Below, piece by piece: positions 49,636-57,827 of a DNA stretch of 64,000 nucleotides. Position numbers and translations under genes: made by a program. This stretch comes from a virus, in IMG/VR virus record IMGVR_UViG_3300040801_002290, positions 130,022-194,021 of that record; one strand, 5' to 3'. The stretch's first letter is position 1, and each line of letters starts with the position of its first letter. The notes beneath the pieces were generated by a model. The model worked only from the letters and a program-made list of their open reading frames with translations, did no database searches and was not told where the DNA came from.

Positions 49636-52272
49636 CTAAAACGGTGGAGAAAGACTTTCTTCTAGCGGCCTAAACGCTAAATAACTTGAACCTATAGCAT
49701 GATAATAGGCAATAAGATAATCCCCCCAGGCTTGAAGGGTTATTCTTGAGGCACCAATTGCTCCAGAAGGCCCATACAGGGCATTAAAGTTTGTTGAGTA
49801 GGGGACTTCTGCGAATTGCCCAGAGTCAATGTTGTACTCAAAACCATTCGAAAAATATAAAATTCCGTTCCTCTCAGTTGTGTTTACCCCGGAAAAACTT
49901 ATCGGGCTGTCGTAGTAGTTGGACCCAACTGGCGTAGAAACAGATGAGTGAATAGTCCAGGAAGGCGTGTCCCAATTGTAAACAGAGAAAACGGCATCTC
50001 CACCATCTACGGCACGAAACGCATACAGAGAGTCGTTGTGAATGAAATATCTTTGGGCTGAGGCACTTGTTAGGTTGAGAGTTGGTCCAGTCAACCATGA
50101 AGAGCCGTCGTGCTGCATAATAATTGTTTGAGTGAAGCTTGCCCTAACAACTACAGGAGTGCCGTCCTGCCTAAAGAGATATCTGTACGGCCTGATTGTT
50201 GCTGAAATTCCATAGTACGGATACCCAGGCACGTTTCCCATTTCTCCAGTAATAGCGTTAAAGAATTGTGACCCACCGCTACTTGCGGTTGAAACACAAA
50301 CAACGGTCTCCTGGTCTGGTGCAAGAGTGGTTGCAAGAGACGAGAGACTTGCGGCAGAGAAACCAGTCCTGAGAAAGAAAAGCCTCCCCGTCTCCAAATT
50401 AAGAGTGTTTGTTCTCCTAGTTAAGGGTATAAAGTTAGCCGAAGATGGTAGCTGACTGGTAGATAATATGGCAGCGGGGTTTAGGGAGTAATCAGAAAAC
50501 GGCCTTAATCCCGTATTCCAATGCTCGGATTTAAAATCATACCACTCATCCTTAACTAGGGTTACTGTAGACCCCTCGTTTTTTCGTGGTCTTACACTAA
50601 GAGAGGATGAGAAAATTTGGTTTGCGTAGGTCATTCCATAAATTCTACCTTGACTGGAAACAGCGGATTGTAGGGAGTAAGAGGTAACCTGGGACGTATA
50701 ATCAAAACCAAAGTCTATCTTCTCATAGGATATGGTGTCAAAATTAGCCCCCAACCTCACCAAAAACTGACCACTAAATTGGTTTCCTCCAAAATCATCT
50801 GGCTCATACAGGTTTACGAAGTAGAAATACTTCCCGTCAGCTTCTCGTTGAAGAATACCAGTACCACCATCTAATGGGTAGGCAAAGAAGGCAGAGGAAC
50901 CCGGAAAAGCAAAATCTCTATAGTCAACCCACTCCAAGGTGTCGATATCAAAATGACCATATACAATAGCCTCTTGTTCCAAAAACTCTGTGTGACCTAT
51001 GAAAGGTATTTTACTACCCTCTGGAGCTTTGGGGTAAACTATATTAATAAACTGTCTTTCAATAGTATATTCTCCGACTTTTTCATTTAAAGAGGTCGGT
51101 AGAGAAATCTCTAATCCAGTAGAATCGTCTAGTACGGTAAGACCAGCAGACTCCCCCACAGAAGGCATGTTTCCGTAACACGGCAAAAAAGCTATTCTCC
51201 CACCGGCTTTACAAAAGTTATAAAAGATGTAGTCAGGCGCATTAAATGTTGGCAAGTCATAGAGGTCGTAAATCCACTCTATGCTATGTGAAGAGTTAAA
51301 CTTTATTAAACTTCCCGTCTCTTGTGACCAATTGCTGAAATAAAGCAAATAATAGGACCCTTCCTCTGTGTCCAAATAGAATCCATTGTTCCAAATACCC
51401 CAATACTGATAGTAGGAGTTTTCATACCAACCCCAAAAAACTCTCTTGCCAGAGTTCAAAGCACCACTTTCTGGATGCTCCACTATAGTCACTCTACTGC
51501 CTGGGTCAGCAGTTGGGTCAACAGTAATTATATACCCTCTACCAACATTGCTGGTATAATCATCCCCAATGTACAGAAATTCATTCTTACCGTTTAATTG
51601 GAGTAGGTTCCCCTCTTCTGGGTAGTCAACGTTAAGAAACACGGATTGGGGAACTTCTTCTATAACAGCACCACTGGAGGTATCCAATACAACTAAGTTG
51701 GTGTCCTCATGGAGAAATATAAAAAACTCGTCATTGACCACAAACCTGCTGCTGTGCAACCCCCACGGGTAGGATGGAGAACCATTCTGGTCAAGGTAAA
51801 CCCAATTTATATCTCCTGTGTCCCTGTTAATGGACATGGGGTTATGGGGAACGATAAGCGAGTTTCCGATTTCTACGAAACTTCTTGTGTAATTAAAATT
51901 ACCGTCGTCAAACCGACCACCAAAAACATATACACCGTCCTGATAAGCCCCAGTAGATTCACCGTCCGTAAGAACAAATAAATCATGAGTATCCCTGTCT
52001 GGGATGACAGCGCCAGCAATATAAGAATTATTTCCCAATAGACCGGTGGAAGTTGACCAAGGAAGTATTTCTATACCATCCCCCAGAATTTTTATATACA
52101 TAGCCCCCAACTGAGTCCGGGCAAAATAATTGCCCTCTTCCTCGGGAAGCTCAAAGCCAAATACAGTATTCTCTGGCAAGGATTCGCTTTCGCCTATCTC
52201 GTAAGTAAAATCCTCACGTACGAATAGGGATTTTTTAGTAAACCCTGATTTTTTAGGAGTAAGCTTTTTCAT
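49636..52272 (-). CDS. Paralog family member: N-module + two beta-propeller-like regions (start revised to 52272)
   Basis: MKKLTPKKSGF...LPENTVFGFELPEEEG. Minus-strand TG-TATAAT at 52279-52284 lies 6 nt before ATG 52272. Confidence 0.7.
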   Translation of the reverse strand: MKKLTPKKSGFTKKSLFVREDFTYEIGESESLPENTVFGFELPEEEGNYFARTQLGAMYIKILGDGIEILPWSTSTGLLGNNSYIAGAVIPDRDTHDLFVLTDGESTGAYQDGVYVFGGRFDDGNFNYTRSFVEIGNSLIVPHNPMSINRDTGDINWVYLDQNGSPSYPWGLHSSRFVVNDEFFIFLHEDTNLVVLDTSSGAVIEEVPQSVFLNVDYPEEGNLLQLNGKNEFLYIGDDYTSNVGRGYIITVDPTADPGSRVTIVEHPESGALNSGKRVFWGWYENSYYQYWGIWNNGFYLDTEEGSYYLLYFSNWSQETGSLIKFNSSHSIEWIYDLYDLPTFNAPDYIFYNFCKAGGRIAFLPCYGNMPSVGESAGLTVLDDSTGLEISLPTSLNEKVGEYTIERQFINIVYPKAPEGSKIPFIGHTEFLEQEAIVYGHFDIDTLEWVDYRDFAFPGSSAFFAYPLDGGTGILQREADGKYFYFVNLYEPDDFGGNQFSGQFLVRLGANFDTISYEKIDFGFDYTSQVTSYSLQSAVSSQGRIYGMTYANQIFSSSLSVRPRKNEGSTVTLVKDEWYDFKSEHWNTGLRPFSDYSLNPAAILSTSQLPSSANFIPLTRRTNTLNLETGRLFFLRTGFSAASLSSLATTLAPDQETVVCVSTASSGGSQFFNAITGEMGNVPGYPYYGISATIRPYRYLFRQDGTPVVVRASFTQTIIMQHDGSSWLTGPTLNLTSASAQRYFIHNDSLYAFRAVDGGDAVFSVYNWDTPSWTIHSSVSTPVGSNYYDSPISFSGVNTTERNGILYFSNGFEYNIDSGQFAEVPYSTNFNALYGPSGAIGASRITLQAWGDYLIAYYHAIGSSYLAFRPLEESLSPPF

Positions 52273-52286
52273 AAGAGTATTATACA

Positions 52287-52321
52287 AAAATAACCCGGAG
52301 CATAACACTCCGGGCTATTTC
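52287..52321 (-). terminator. Intrinsic terminator after the 184-aa gene
   Basis: CCCGGAG-CATAACA-CTCCGGG hairpin with a T-run on the minus strand. Confidence 0.7.
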
Positions 52322-52335
52322 GTTACTTAGTTTTA

Positions 52336-52890
52336 TTATACGCCAGCAGCTACGTACGTAATTGTGTAGACACTTTCAAGAACATTCTCGCTCGGGTCTC
52401 CGGAGAATGCGCCGACAGGAATTGTCAATACAAGCTCTGTCTGTCCAGTAGCAATGGTGGGTCCACTAATTGTAAGTGTGTCGTTAAGTACTGTAGCAGA
52501 AGCAGAAATATCTACCGGAGTTGCGGCAGGGTTTTCTACTAGAGTTACAGAAGCCAAATCCACGGCCTGAATATTCTCGCTAAACTGAATAACGATATCC
52601 GTGGCCATAGCTCCACCGGCTGTAGGGTAATTTATTGTTCCACCAGCTACAGGAGTGGCAGTTAGTACTTCCAAGAAGGTTTCTGTAGCCTTTAGAACTA
52701 CAGTTCCATCATTGGTCTGAATAACGAACATATCTTCGCCGGTAACTTTTTCAGCGGGCTCCAAGACGTACTCATACTCTGCCGGTACATCTGCTACGGC
52801 GGGGATAGTAACGAAATCCTCACCAACTAGAGCTACCTTTGGGTAATAGTCGTTTAGGGCGACTCCGAATGCTTTTCTAACGAATTCCAT
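52336..52890 (-). CDS. Paralog family member: N-module + Ig-like (SbsA/Big_5-like) domain
   Basis: YYPKVAL N-module; NYPTAG...DIVIQFSENIQAVDLASVTL...LTIPVGAFSGD; AAGGAGG SD. Confidence 0.65.
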   Translation of the reverse strand: MEFVRKAFGVALNDYYPKVALVGEDFVTIPAVADVPAEYEYVLEPAEKVTGEDMFVIQTNDGTVVLKATETFLEVLTATPVAGGTINYPTAGGAMATDIVIQFSENIQAVDLASVTLVENPAATPVDISASATVLNDTLTISGPTIATGQTELVLTIPVGAFSGDPSENVLESVYTITYVAAGV

Positions 52891-52901
52891 TTAATTCCTC
52901 C

Positions 52902-53285
52902 TTAATAAGGGCTTATAGTGTCAGAGATTGCGTATGCAGCTAAAGCTCCTGACGCAGTTGTCATAAACAACAAATCGCCAAGTCTAAAAATGGGGTTTTG
53001 TAAAATTCCCGAGCTGTTTGAATAGGGTCTACTGTAGTAACTGTCTCTAAAGTTGAATGGTATTATTCCAAATTCCTTATTTTGCACGTTATAGTAGTAT
53101 GAGTTTGCGAAATGTACAGTTCCCTCGTAAACGCAGTGGGTCAGGGTTTCAAACCTGAAATCATCTTGCGTATAGCTACTATGCCCTATTATAGCATCGT
53201 ATTCGGGAGACGGTAGATTTGGAACTGACTGTGTATCATACAAAGTTTGTTGAGCGGTGTTGAAATCGTATTCAGTATTATACAT
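52902..53285 (-). pseudogene. Orphan C-terminal fragment of a propeller paralog (CDS or remnant)
   Basis: YEGTVHFANSYYYNVQNKEF...GDLLFM...LAAYAISDTISPY parallels the C-termini of the 874- and 878-aa paralogs. Lacks the N-module; in-frame TAG two codons upstream of ATG. Confidence 0.45.
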
Positions 53286-53340
53286 AATCTAGAGGGAAAT
53301 TTTTTTGCTACCTCCTGTGTTTTTGGAGTAAAATATACCC

Positions 53341-54657
53341 ATGAAAAAACTTCAAATTAAAAGACAAGACTTCTCTTCTGGGAAAAAAATATTCTTCTTC
53401 GAAGATAATTCATTCACAGTTTTATCAGAGGCACCAGAAGAATTTTCTTTTGGTGTGGAGATACCCAATGAAGAGGGGATTTTTACCTTTTCCTCCGGAC
53501 AGTCCTCGTATGTACTAAAAACCGGAGCAAACAGACACTTCTACGTCTTCGTTAATAGAGAAGAATTTTCCCTATCAACAACCGGAGTGTCCTTTACTAA
53601 AGTTACCTACGAAAACGAGGTAACAATAGAAGAAGAAGTATATTTTCCAGATAGGGTAGTATACTACACCCTTTTCTTAGAAAATTTTGTCGTATGCCGA
53701 GAAAGAAACGTTCACGATACGGTGTTTGTTATAAATTTAAAAGAGAAGGTTGGCAGAGAATACTCGTTTCCAATATCCGTAGTGAATGGCTCTAGACTTT
53801 TTTATGGGGCAGAAGAAGAAGACAATACCGTCTACTTATATTCAAGGGACAGAAAAACATCTGTTCCCGTAGACCACAAACTTCATGTCTCTTTAATAGA
53901 TTGGGAAGCAGACACATTTACCCCGACAGAAATAACATTTCCGGGTATTCCAACTACCGCATCATCTATAGCGGTAGACGGTGGAATAAAAATTACAGAA
54001 GATTTTATATACCTATACGACCCCAGAGGAACACCTAGAGGGTTGATTATAAAACTAGACAAGCAACTGAACTACTTATATCACCAAGAAGGTCTTCCAG
54101 AAACCTATCTGGAGCCCGATGACGTATTTTTAAACTGTTACAATATGGAGGTAGGTGGAGAATACATCTATCTCCCTGGGCACTCCTACAGGGGAGATGT
54201 CTGTGAGCTTTACTTGGCGGTTTTACAAGATACAGGAACAGAATTTTTACCCAACCCCGGATTAATCAGACTAGAAGAATTTGTAGAAGAAGCAAATGAT
54301 AGTCTTGGTTTTACAGAAATATACTATTCTCAAATAGAGGGGGATAATATATATCTGGTGGGATGGAGATGGGATAATTACTTTAACGCCGGGGCTCAAT
54401 ATGAAAATGGAATCTACCTAGCCTCAGTTAGTTTGAATACCCTTGAAAAAAATTGGTCACGCATATATTACGAATCTGAGGTAGACTTTCCCTTTGAAGA
54501 AGGGGGAACGTATAAATTAATCGTAATCAATGATAGAATTTATGTTGCGATAGACACTTTCTCTTCTACTAACGAAGAAAAACTTTATGTGTTTTCTATT
54601 GAAAACGGAGATTTTATTGAGAGACTAGTACCTGGGTATAGGTACGTAATCATCTAA
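53341..54657 (+). CDS. Paralog family member: N-module + one beta-propeller-like region
   Basis: MKKLQIKRQDFSSGKK...APEEFSFGVEIPNEEG. Leaderless promoter TAAAAT 53329-53334 lies 6 nt before ATG. Confidence 0.7.
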   Translation: MKKLQIKRQDFSSGKKIFFFEDNSFTVLSEAPEEFSFGVEIPNEEGIFTFSSGQSSYVLKTGANRHFYVFVNREEFSLSTTGVSFTKVTYENEVTIEEEVYFPDRVVYYTLFLENFVVCRERNVHDTVFVINLKEKVGREYSFPISVVNGSRLFYGAEEEDNTVYLYSRDRKTSVPVDHKLHVSLIDWEADTFTPTEITFPGIPTTASSIAVDGGIKITEDFIYLYDPRGTPRGLIIKLDKQLNYLYHQEGLPETYLEPDDVFLNCYNMEVGGEYIYLPGHSYRGDVCELYLAVLQDTGTEFLPNPGLIRLEEFVEEANDSLGFTEIYYSQIEGDNIYLVGWRWDNYFNAGAQYENGIYLASVSLNTLEKNWSRIYYESEVDFPFEEGGTYKLIVINDRIYVAIDTFSSTNEEKLYVFSIENGDFIERLVPGYRYVII

Positions 54658-54772
54658 ATTGCCAAACTAAGCACACTTAAATTAGGATACTACTATCCTA
54701 GTTTATTTATTCCACCCCCCCCCCATTTTTTACTCATATATAAAAATATTACCACCCTACTTTTTCGCAAAC

Positions 54773-54949
54773 AAACCCCCAGGGGACCCAATTTTTCTGT
54801 AAATAACCCCACCCCATAATACCCACCTATAATACCCACCTAAACTTATAATACCCACCTAAAACTTTTTAATACGTATGAGATAGATGAGGGGAGGGGG
54901 CGGCTTTCAGAAAAAAGGGACTCCCGGTTTGCTTTTAAACCCCCAGGGG
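54773..54949. repeat. Junction repeat structure: AAACCCCCAGGGG x2 flanking ATAATACCCACCT x3
   Basis: Direct 13-mers at 54773-54785 and 54937-54949. ATAATACCCACCT at 54816, 54829 and 54848, plus a degenerate copy at ~54802. Confidence 0.85.
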
Positions 54950-55029
54950 TGGGTGCAGCACATTCGGCCAAAGTTTGCAATGTCGTCTACATCACACCTT
55001 TCTCACCCCACCTCTGCTACGATAATGGC

Positions 55030-55209
55030 ATGAAGAACCCGTTTCGCCGCCCCACCATTCCAGCGTCCGAGTCCATGGTCGTCACGCTGCACAAGATGGA
55101 CAAGGCTTCGCTCATCGCACTCAAGCCTAAGTGGGCTAAGATTTTCGGCCCCACGTCGCCTCAAGTGGCACGAATCCAGGCGCTTATTACTTCCAGGGAG
55201 AATGCATGA
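55030..55209 (+). CDS. Small early protein (59 aa)
   Basis: Start revised to MKNPF...; TG-extended TACGAT 6 nt before ATG. Confidence 0.7.
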   Translation: MKNPFRRPTIPASESMVVTLHKMDKASLIALKPKWAKIFGPTSPQVARIQALITSRENA

Positions 55210-55274
55210 GCCCGAGAAATTCGGGCTGCACAAAGTGTCAAAAGATTTGTGAGAATTTGATTAAGGTTTTCGTG

Positions 55275-55303
55275 TTGACAGCCAAACGCACACCGGCTAT
55301 ACT
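55275..55303 (+). promoter_or_regulatory. Class I promoter TTGACA-17-TATACT driving a non-coding unit
   Basis: Near-consensus sigma70 promoter; predicted TSS ~55310. Confidence 0.8.
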
Positions 55304-55376
55304 TACTTCATCAGGAGGCACCCCTGCTGCGAAAGTACCAGGAACACGGTGCGAGACTGATAACAAAGGATAGCAA

Positions 55377-55447
55377 GTCGGTCTAGTGTAAGAGCAGCAC
55401 GGGCGTCTGTTGGCGCTACAGGAGCGGTGCAAATCCGCAACCGAGAC
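55377..55447 (+). tRNA. Degenerate tRNA-like cloverleaf, GTT (Asn) in the anticodon-like loop
   Basis: T8-A9-G10 pattern; D-arm GTGT/GCAC; anticodon stem GGCGT/GCGCT with a 6-nt loop CTGTTG; T-arm GCGG-TGCAAAT-CCGC. Imperfect acceptor stem, no CCA. Confidence 0.45.
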
Positions 55448-55455
55448 TGCGAACA

Positions 55456-55491
55456 TCCCCTCAGAGTCATGACCTGGGGGGACTTCCTTTT
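55456..55491 (+). terminator. Intrinsic terminator closing the ncRNA
   Basis: TCCCCTCAG-9 nt-CTGGGGGGA followed by CTTCCTTTT. Confidence 0.65.
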
Positions 55492-55551
55492 GACGACTTT
55501 GCCCGCCCAGAAAATGAGAAGAATATGAGAATTACGTTAAGGTTTTAGGGG

Positions 55552-55580
55552 TTGACGCCATTAGCCCCAGGGAGTACGAT
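55552..55580 (+). promoter_or_regulatory. Class I leaderless promoter TTGACG-17-TACGAT
   Basis: 6 nt before ATG 55587. Other class I -35 boxes are at 56410, 57372, 59266 and 60449, each exactly 17 bp from the -10. Confidence 0.8.
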
Positions 55581-55586
55581 TAGAGC

Positions 55587-55928
55587 ATGAAAGACGGCCT
55601 CTACCACCGCGACCTCGGCCTTCCCGTTACCCTCGGCTTCGCCACGATGCTCCGCTACTCGCCCCACGCGATTGAGGAAGCCTCCAGCGACAAGTACGGC
55701 AACCTCGACCTTCCGAAGTCCATCGGGACGCATGAGGCCGAAGTTATCGAAGTCGAAGTACGCAACGGCAAGCCCTACAAGGCCCTTCTTCGCAAGCCTT
55801 ACGACGACCGACGCGATATCTGCCTCGTCGTCCTTCTGGACCGTGGCATCGTCAAGACCGTCTGGTGCAACCTTCGCAGCGACAAGCATCGCACGCTGGA
55901 TACCTCAAAGTACATGATGAGCGCATAA
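55587..55928 (+). CDS. Conserved-looking phage protein, possible RelE/DUF4258-like RNase fold
   Basis: 113 aa; YSPHAIEEA...IVKTVW pattern. Fold call is tentative. Confidence 0.6.
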   Translation: MKDGLYHRDLGLPVTLGFATMLRYSPHAIEEASSDKYGNLDLPKSIGTHEAEVIEVEVRNGKPYKALLRKPYDDRRDICLVVLLDRGIVKTVWCNLRSDKHRTLDTSKYMMSA

Positions 55929-56011
55929 GGTTGTTTCAAGCCCGAGAAATTCGGGCCGGGGGAATTCGTCAAAACTCATCATTCTCATCTAATAGTGGCA
56001 TATCTTTAGTC

Positions 56012-56212
56012 ATGGCTACTTGGCATCAACGAAAGTCGGGCGTTACCCTTTACGATGAGTCGAAGTTCGCGGTCGTTATAGACCCGCCCAACCAGTGTAG
56101 AGCCACCGTCCTGTTCTTCACACGGGAGTCTGCTGAGCGTTATGTGGACAACTACGTGTCTAAGCACCCTGCGAATAAGCCCTACACCTACATTCTCAAG
56201 CCTGCGAGGTAA
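56012..56212 (+). CDS. Small early protein (66 aa)
   Basis: Start revised to MATWHQ...; TATCTT 5 nt before ATG. Confidence 0.7.
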   Translation: MATWHQRKSGVTLYDESKFAVVIDPPNQCRATVLFFTRESAERYVDNYVSKHPANKPYTYILKPAR

Positions 56213-56214
56213 CC

Positions 56215-56373
56215 ATGTGTTGTGATGCTATCTACAACGACGAGCCGATTGTGGGGGAATGCCCCGAGTGCGGTGCGCCTGTGGATGCCGATGGGGACGC
56301 TGTTGGAGAACACTGCGGATACTCTCCGCGATGCCCCGTGTGCGGTGACAGCCCGTGTGATGAGTCCTGCTGA
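56215..56373 (+). CDS. 52-aa Cys-rich putative metal-binding protein (not in ORF track)
   Basis: MCCDAIYNDEPIVGECPECGAPVDADGDAVGEHCGYSPRCPVCGDSPCDESC; 9 Cys; GAGG SD. Confidence 0.75.
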   Translation: MCCDAIYNDEPIVGECPECGAPVDADGDAVGEHCGYSPRCPVCGDSPCDESC

Positions 56374-56456
56374 AAAGCAGGCCGCACATTACGTCAAAAA
56401 TGTCAACGGTTGACTCCTGGGCTGGAATAGGTCATACTGTCATTAGGAGGCACACA

Positions 56457-56690
56457 ATGTTCATGTTCGCCCCGATGGTCGAGGTTCGCTTGCCCCGCAA
56501 CACGTCCCCTCTGTTCACCGTGCGCGGCCCTCTTGACTCCGAAGGCAACCTGGACGACTCTCGTCTCGCTTCTGAGATTAAGCGAGAAATGGGTTTCGAT
56601 GGGAAGGTTTCTCTCTCCTGGCTCTCTGCTGATGAGTTGGGCGTGGTGACTCACAACACCCAACCTGTTCTGACTATCCGAGTGGAATAG
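56457..56690 (+). CDS. Small early protein (77 aa)
   Basis: TTGACT-17-CATACT promoter and AGGAGG SD; start revised to 56457. Confidence 0.7.
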   Translation: MFMFAPMVEVRLPRNTSPLFTVRGPLDSEGNLDDSRLASEIKREMGFDGKVSLSWLSADELGVVTHNTQPVLTIRVE

Positions 56691-56789
56691 TTTAATAAAG
56701 CCCGCGAGTTTATGCGGGCTGCACATTTGGTCAAAAAATCAAGTGGCGCACTTCACATCTGTTAGCCCCTGGTGTGCTAGTATTAGTAC

Positions 56790-56927
56790 ATGGATAGCAC
56801 CCTGTTCCTCACCGAGAACTCTGGCTACATCATCGTTGGTGTGTTCTTCGCTGGGATTTTCGCCCTCATCCTCGCTACGGGTGTCGCTGACCTCATCGCC
56901 GGGTTCTTCCGAAAGGACGAGGAATAA
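56790..56927 (+). CDS. 45-aa single-pass membrane protein (not in ORF track)
   Basis: MDSTLFLTENSGYIIVGVFFAGIFALILATGVADLIAGFFRKDEE; TAGTAT 6 nt before ATG; TAATG coupling. Confidence 0.7.
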   Translation: MDSTLFLTENSGYIIVGVFFAGIFALILATGVADLIAGFFRKDEE

Positions 56928-57130
56928 TGCTCTACTACAGCCAAACCGACTACGATATCGAAATGGCCGGTCGTAAGGCCCGTGAAAAAGCGCGTGAGGA
57001 TTTCTACGCCGGTAAGCCCTACGAGAACCCTTACAGCCCTTCGGATGTTATTCATTACACCTACGAAATGGAATGGCAGCACCTCTCAAAGATGGTTGAA
57101 GTTGACATGGAGTTTGAGAAGAATGACTAA
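56927..57130 (+). CDS. Small early protein (67 aa)
   Basis: Coupled ORF; GAGG SD. Confidence 0.7.
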   Translation: MLYYSQTDYDIEMAGRKAREKAREDFYAGKPYENPYSPSDVIHYTYEMEWQHLSKMVEVDMEFEKND

Positions 57131-57326
57131 CGAATACGGAACCTTCGATGTCGAAATGACCCAGCGTGGATATTCCGTCCACAACTACATCGTCACCAAG
57201 ACGAGCGGTGAATGGCCTGAAAAGCGTGCTGTTGCCGCCATGTGTGATGACCGTAGCCTGGATTACTTCGGCTTCGACGTTTCCATCACGGACGACCGTG
57301 CGTCAGTTGCAATCTATGTAGACTGA
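57123..57326 (+). CDS. Small early protein (67 aa)
   Basis: Start revised to MTNEYG...; overlaps previous stop. Confidence 0.65.
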   Translation: MTNEYGTFDVEMTQRGYSVHNYIVTKTSGEWPEKRAVAAMCDDRSLDYFGFDVSITDDRASVAIYVD

Positions 57327-57406
57327 TGCACATATATGCGGGCCGCACAAAAGGTCAAAAATGTCAACGGGTTGACACTAGGGACTCTAAGGATTACACT
57401 TAGTGC

Positions 57407-57586
57407 ATGGCCACCATTCAGCGTTACGTCGTTGACCTCTCAACCGAGCAGTTGGACTTCTTGGAAGAGTTGGTGAATGCTCATGGTTTTCGTGTCGCCA
57501 TGGATGCTTTCCTCATTGATGAGACTTACTCGGCCCTGCGCTCTGCACGTCCTAGCCTTACCATCATTCGACCGGACGAGGAGTGA
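57407..57586 (+). CDS. 59-aa early protein (not in ORF track)
   Basis: MATIQRYVVDL...; TTGACA-17-TACACT-6-ATG. Confidence 0.75.
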   Translation: MATIQRYVVDLSTEQLDFLEELVNAHGFRVAMDAFLIDETYSALRSARPSLTIIRPDEE

Positions 57587-57588
57587 TA

Positions 57589-57759
57589 ATGAACTACTCT
57601 ATTCATCGCTTGCATCGTGACGAGTATGGTACGGTACTCTGGACCACCGAGTACGGCCCCTACACCAAAGAGCAGGCTGATAGGCTCGCTGCTGAGTTTG
57701 AGCAGGACTACGGGTATGAGTGTGTAGTCCACTGTGAAGATAAGTCCATGCATAATTAA
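57589..57759 (+). CDS. 56-aa early protein (not in ORF track)
   Basis: MNYSIHRLHRDEYG...; GAGGAG SD. Confidence 0.7.
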   Translation: MNYSIHRLHRDEYGTVLWTTEYGPYTKEQADRLAAEFEQDYGYECVVHCEDKSMHN

Positions 57760-57827
57760 GTTTATGCACGGCGGCGAAAATCGTCAAATCTCACAATTCT
57801 CATTTAATCAGGGAGTAGCATTACTAC

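Larger units (their letters stand above)
55310..55491 (+). ncRNA. Structured ~180-nt RNA: 5' long hairpin + tRNA-like domain + terminator
   Basis: Own promoter and terminator, no ATG ORF. Nested pairings TCAG/CTGA, GCACC/GGTGC, CCTG/CAGG and a GAAA tetraloop, followed by a cloverleaf. Confidence 0.65.

Noticed and set aside
53286-53342. TAG read-through or stop-codon recoding (in-frame ATG 53342 ... TAG ... ATG 53285 on the minus strand)
   Set aside because: TAG terminates full-length genes elsewhere (e.g. ends at 42514, 56690, 60410) and coding density is high with the standard code.
40085-54657. Diversity-generating retroelement acting on the propeller genes
   Set aside because: No reverse transcriptase in the window and no near-identical TR/VR pair with adenine-specific differences seen by eye.
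55310-55491. YrlA-type Y RNA, tmRNA or hammerhead ribozyme
   Set aside because: Arm order is D-anticodon-T as in ordinary tRNA, not the permuted order of YrlA. It is too short and lacks a tag frame and Ala acceptor for tmRNA, and has no CUGAUGA/GAAA hammerhead core.
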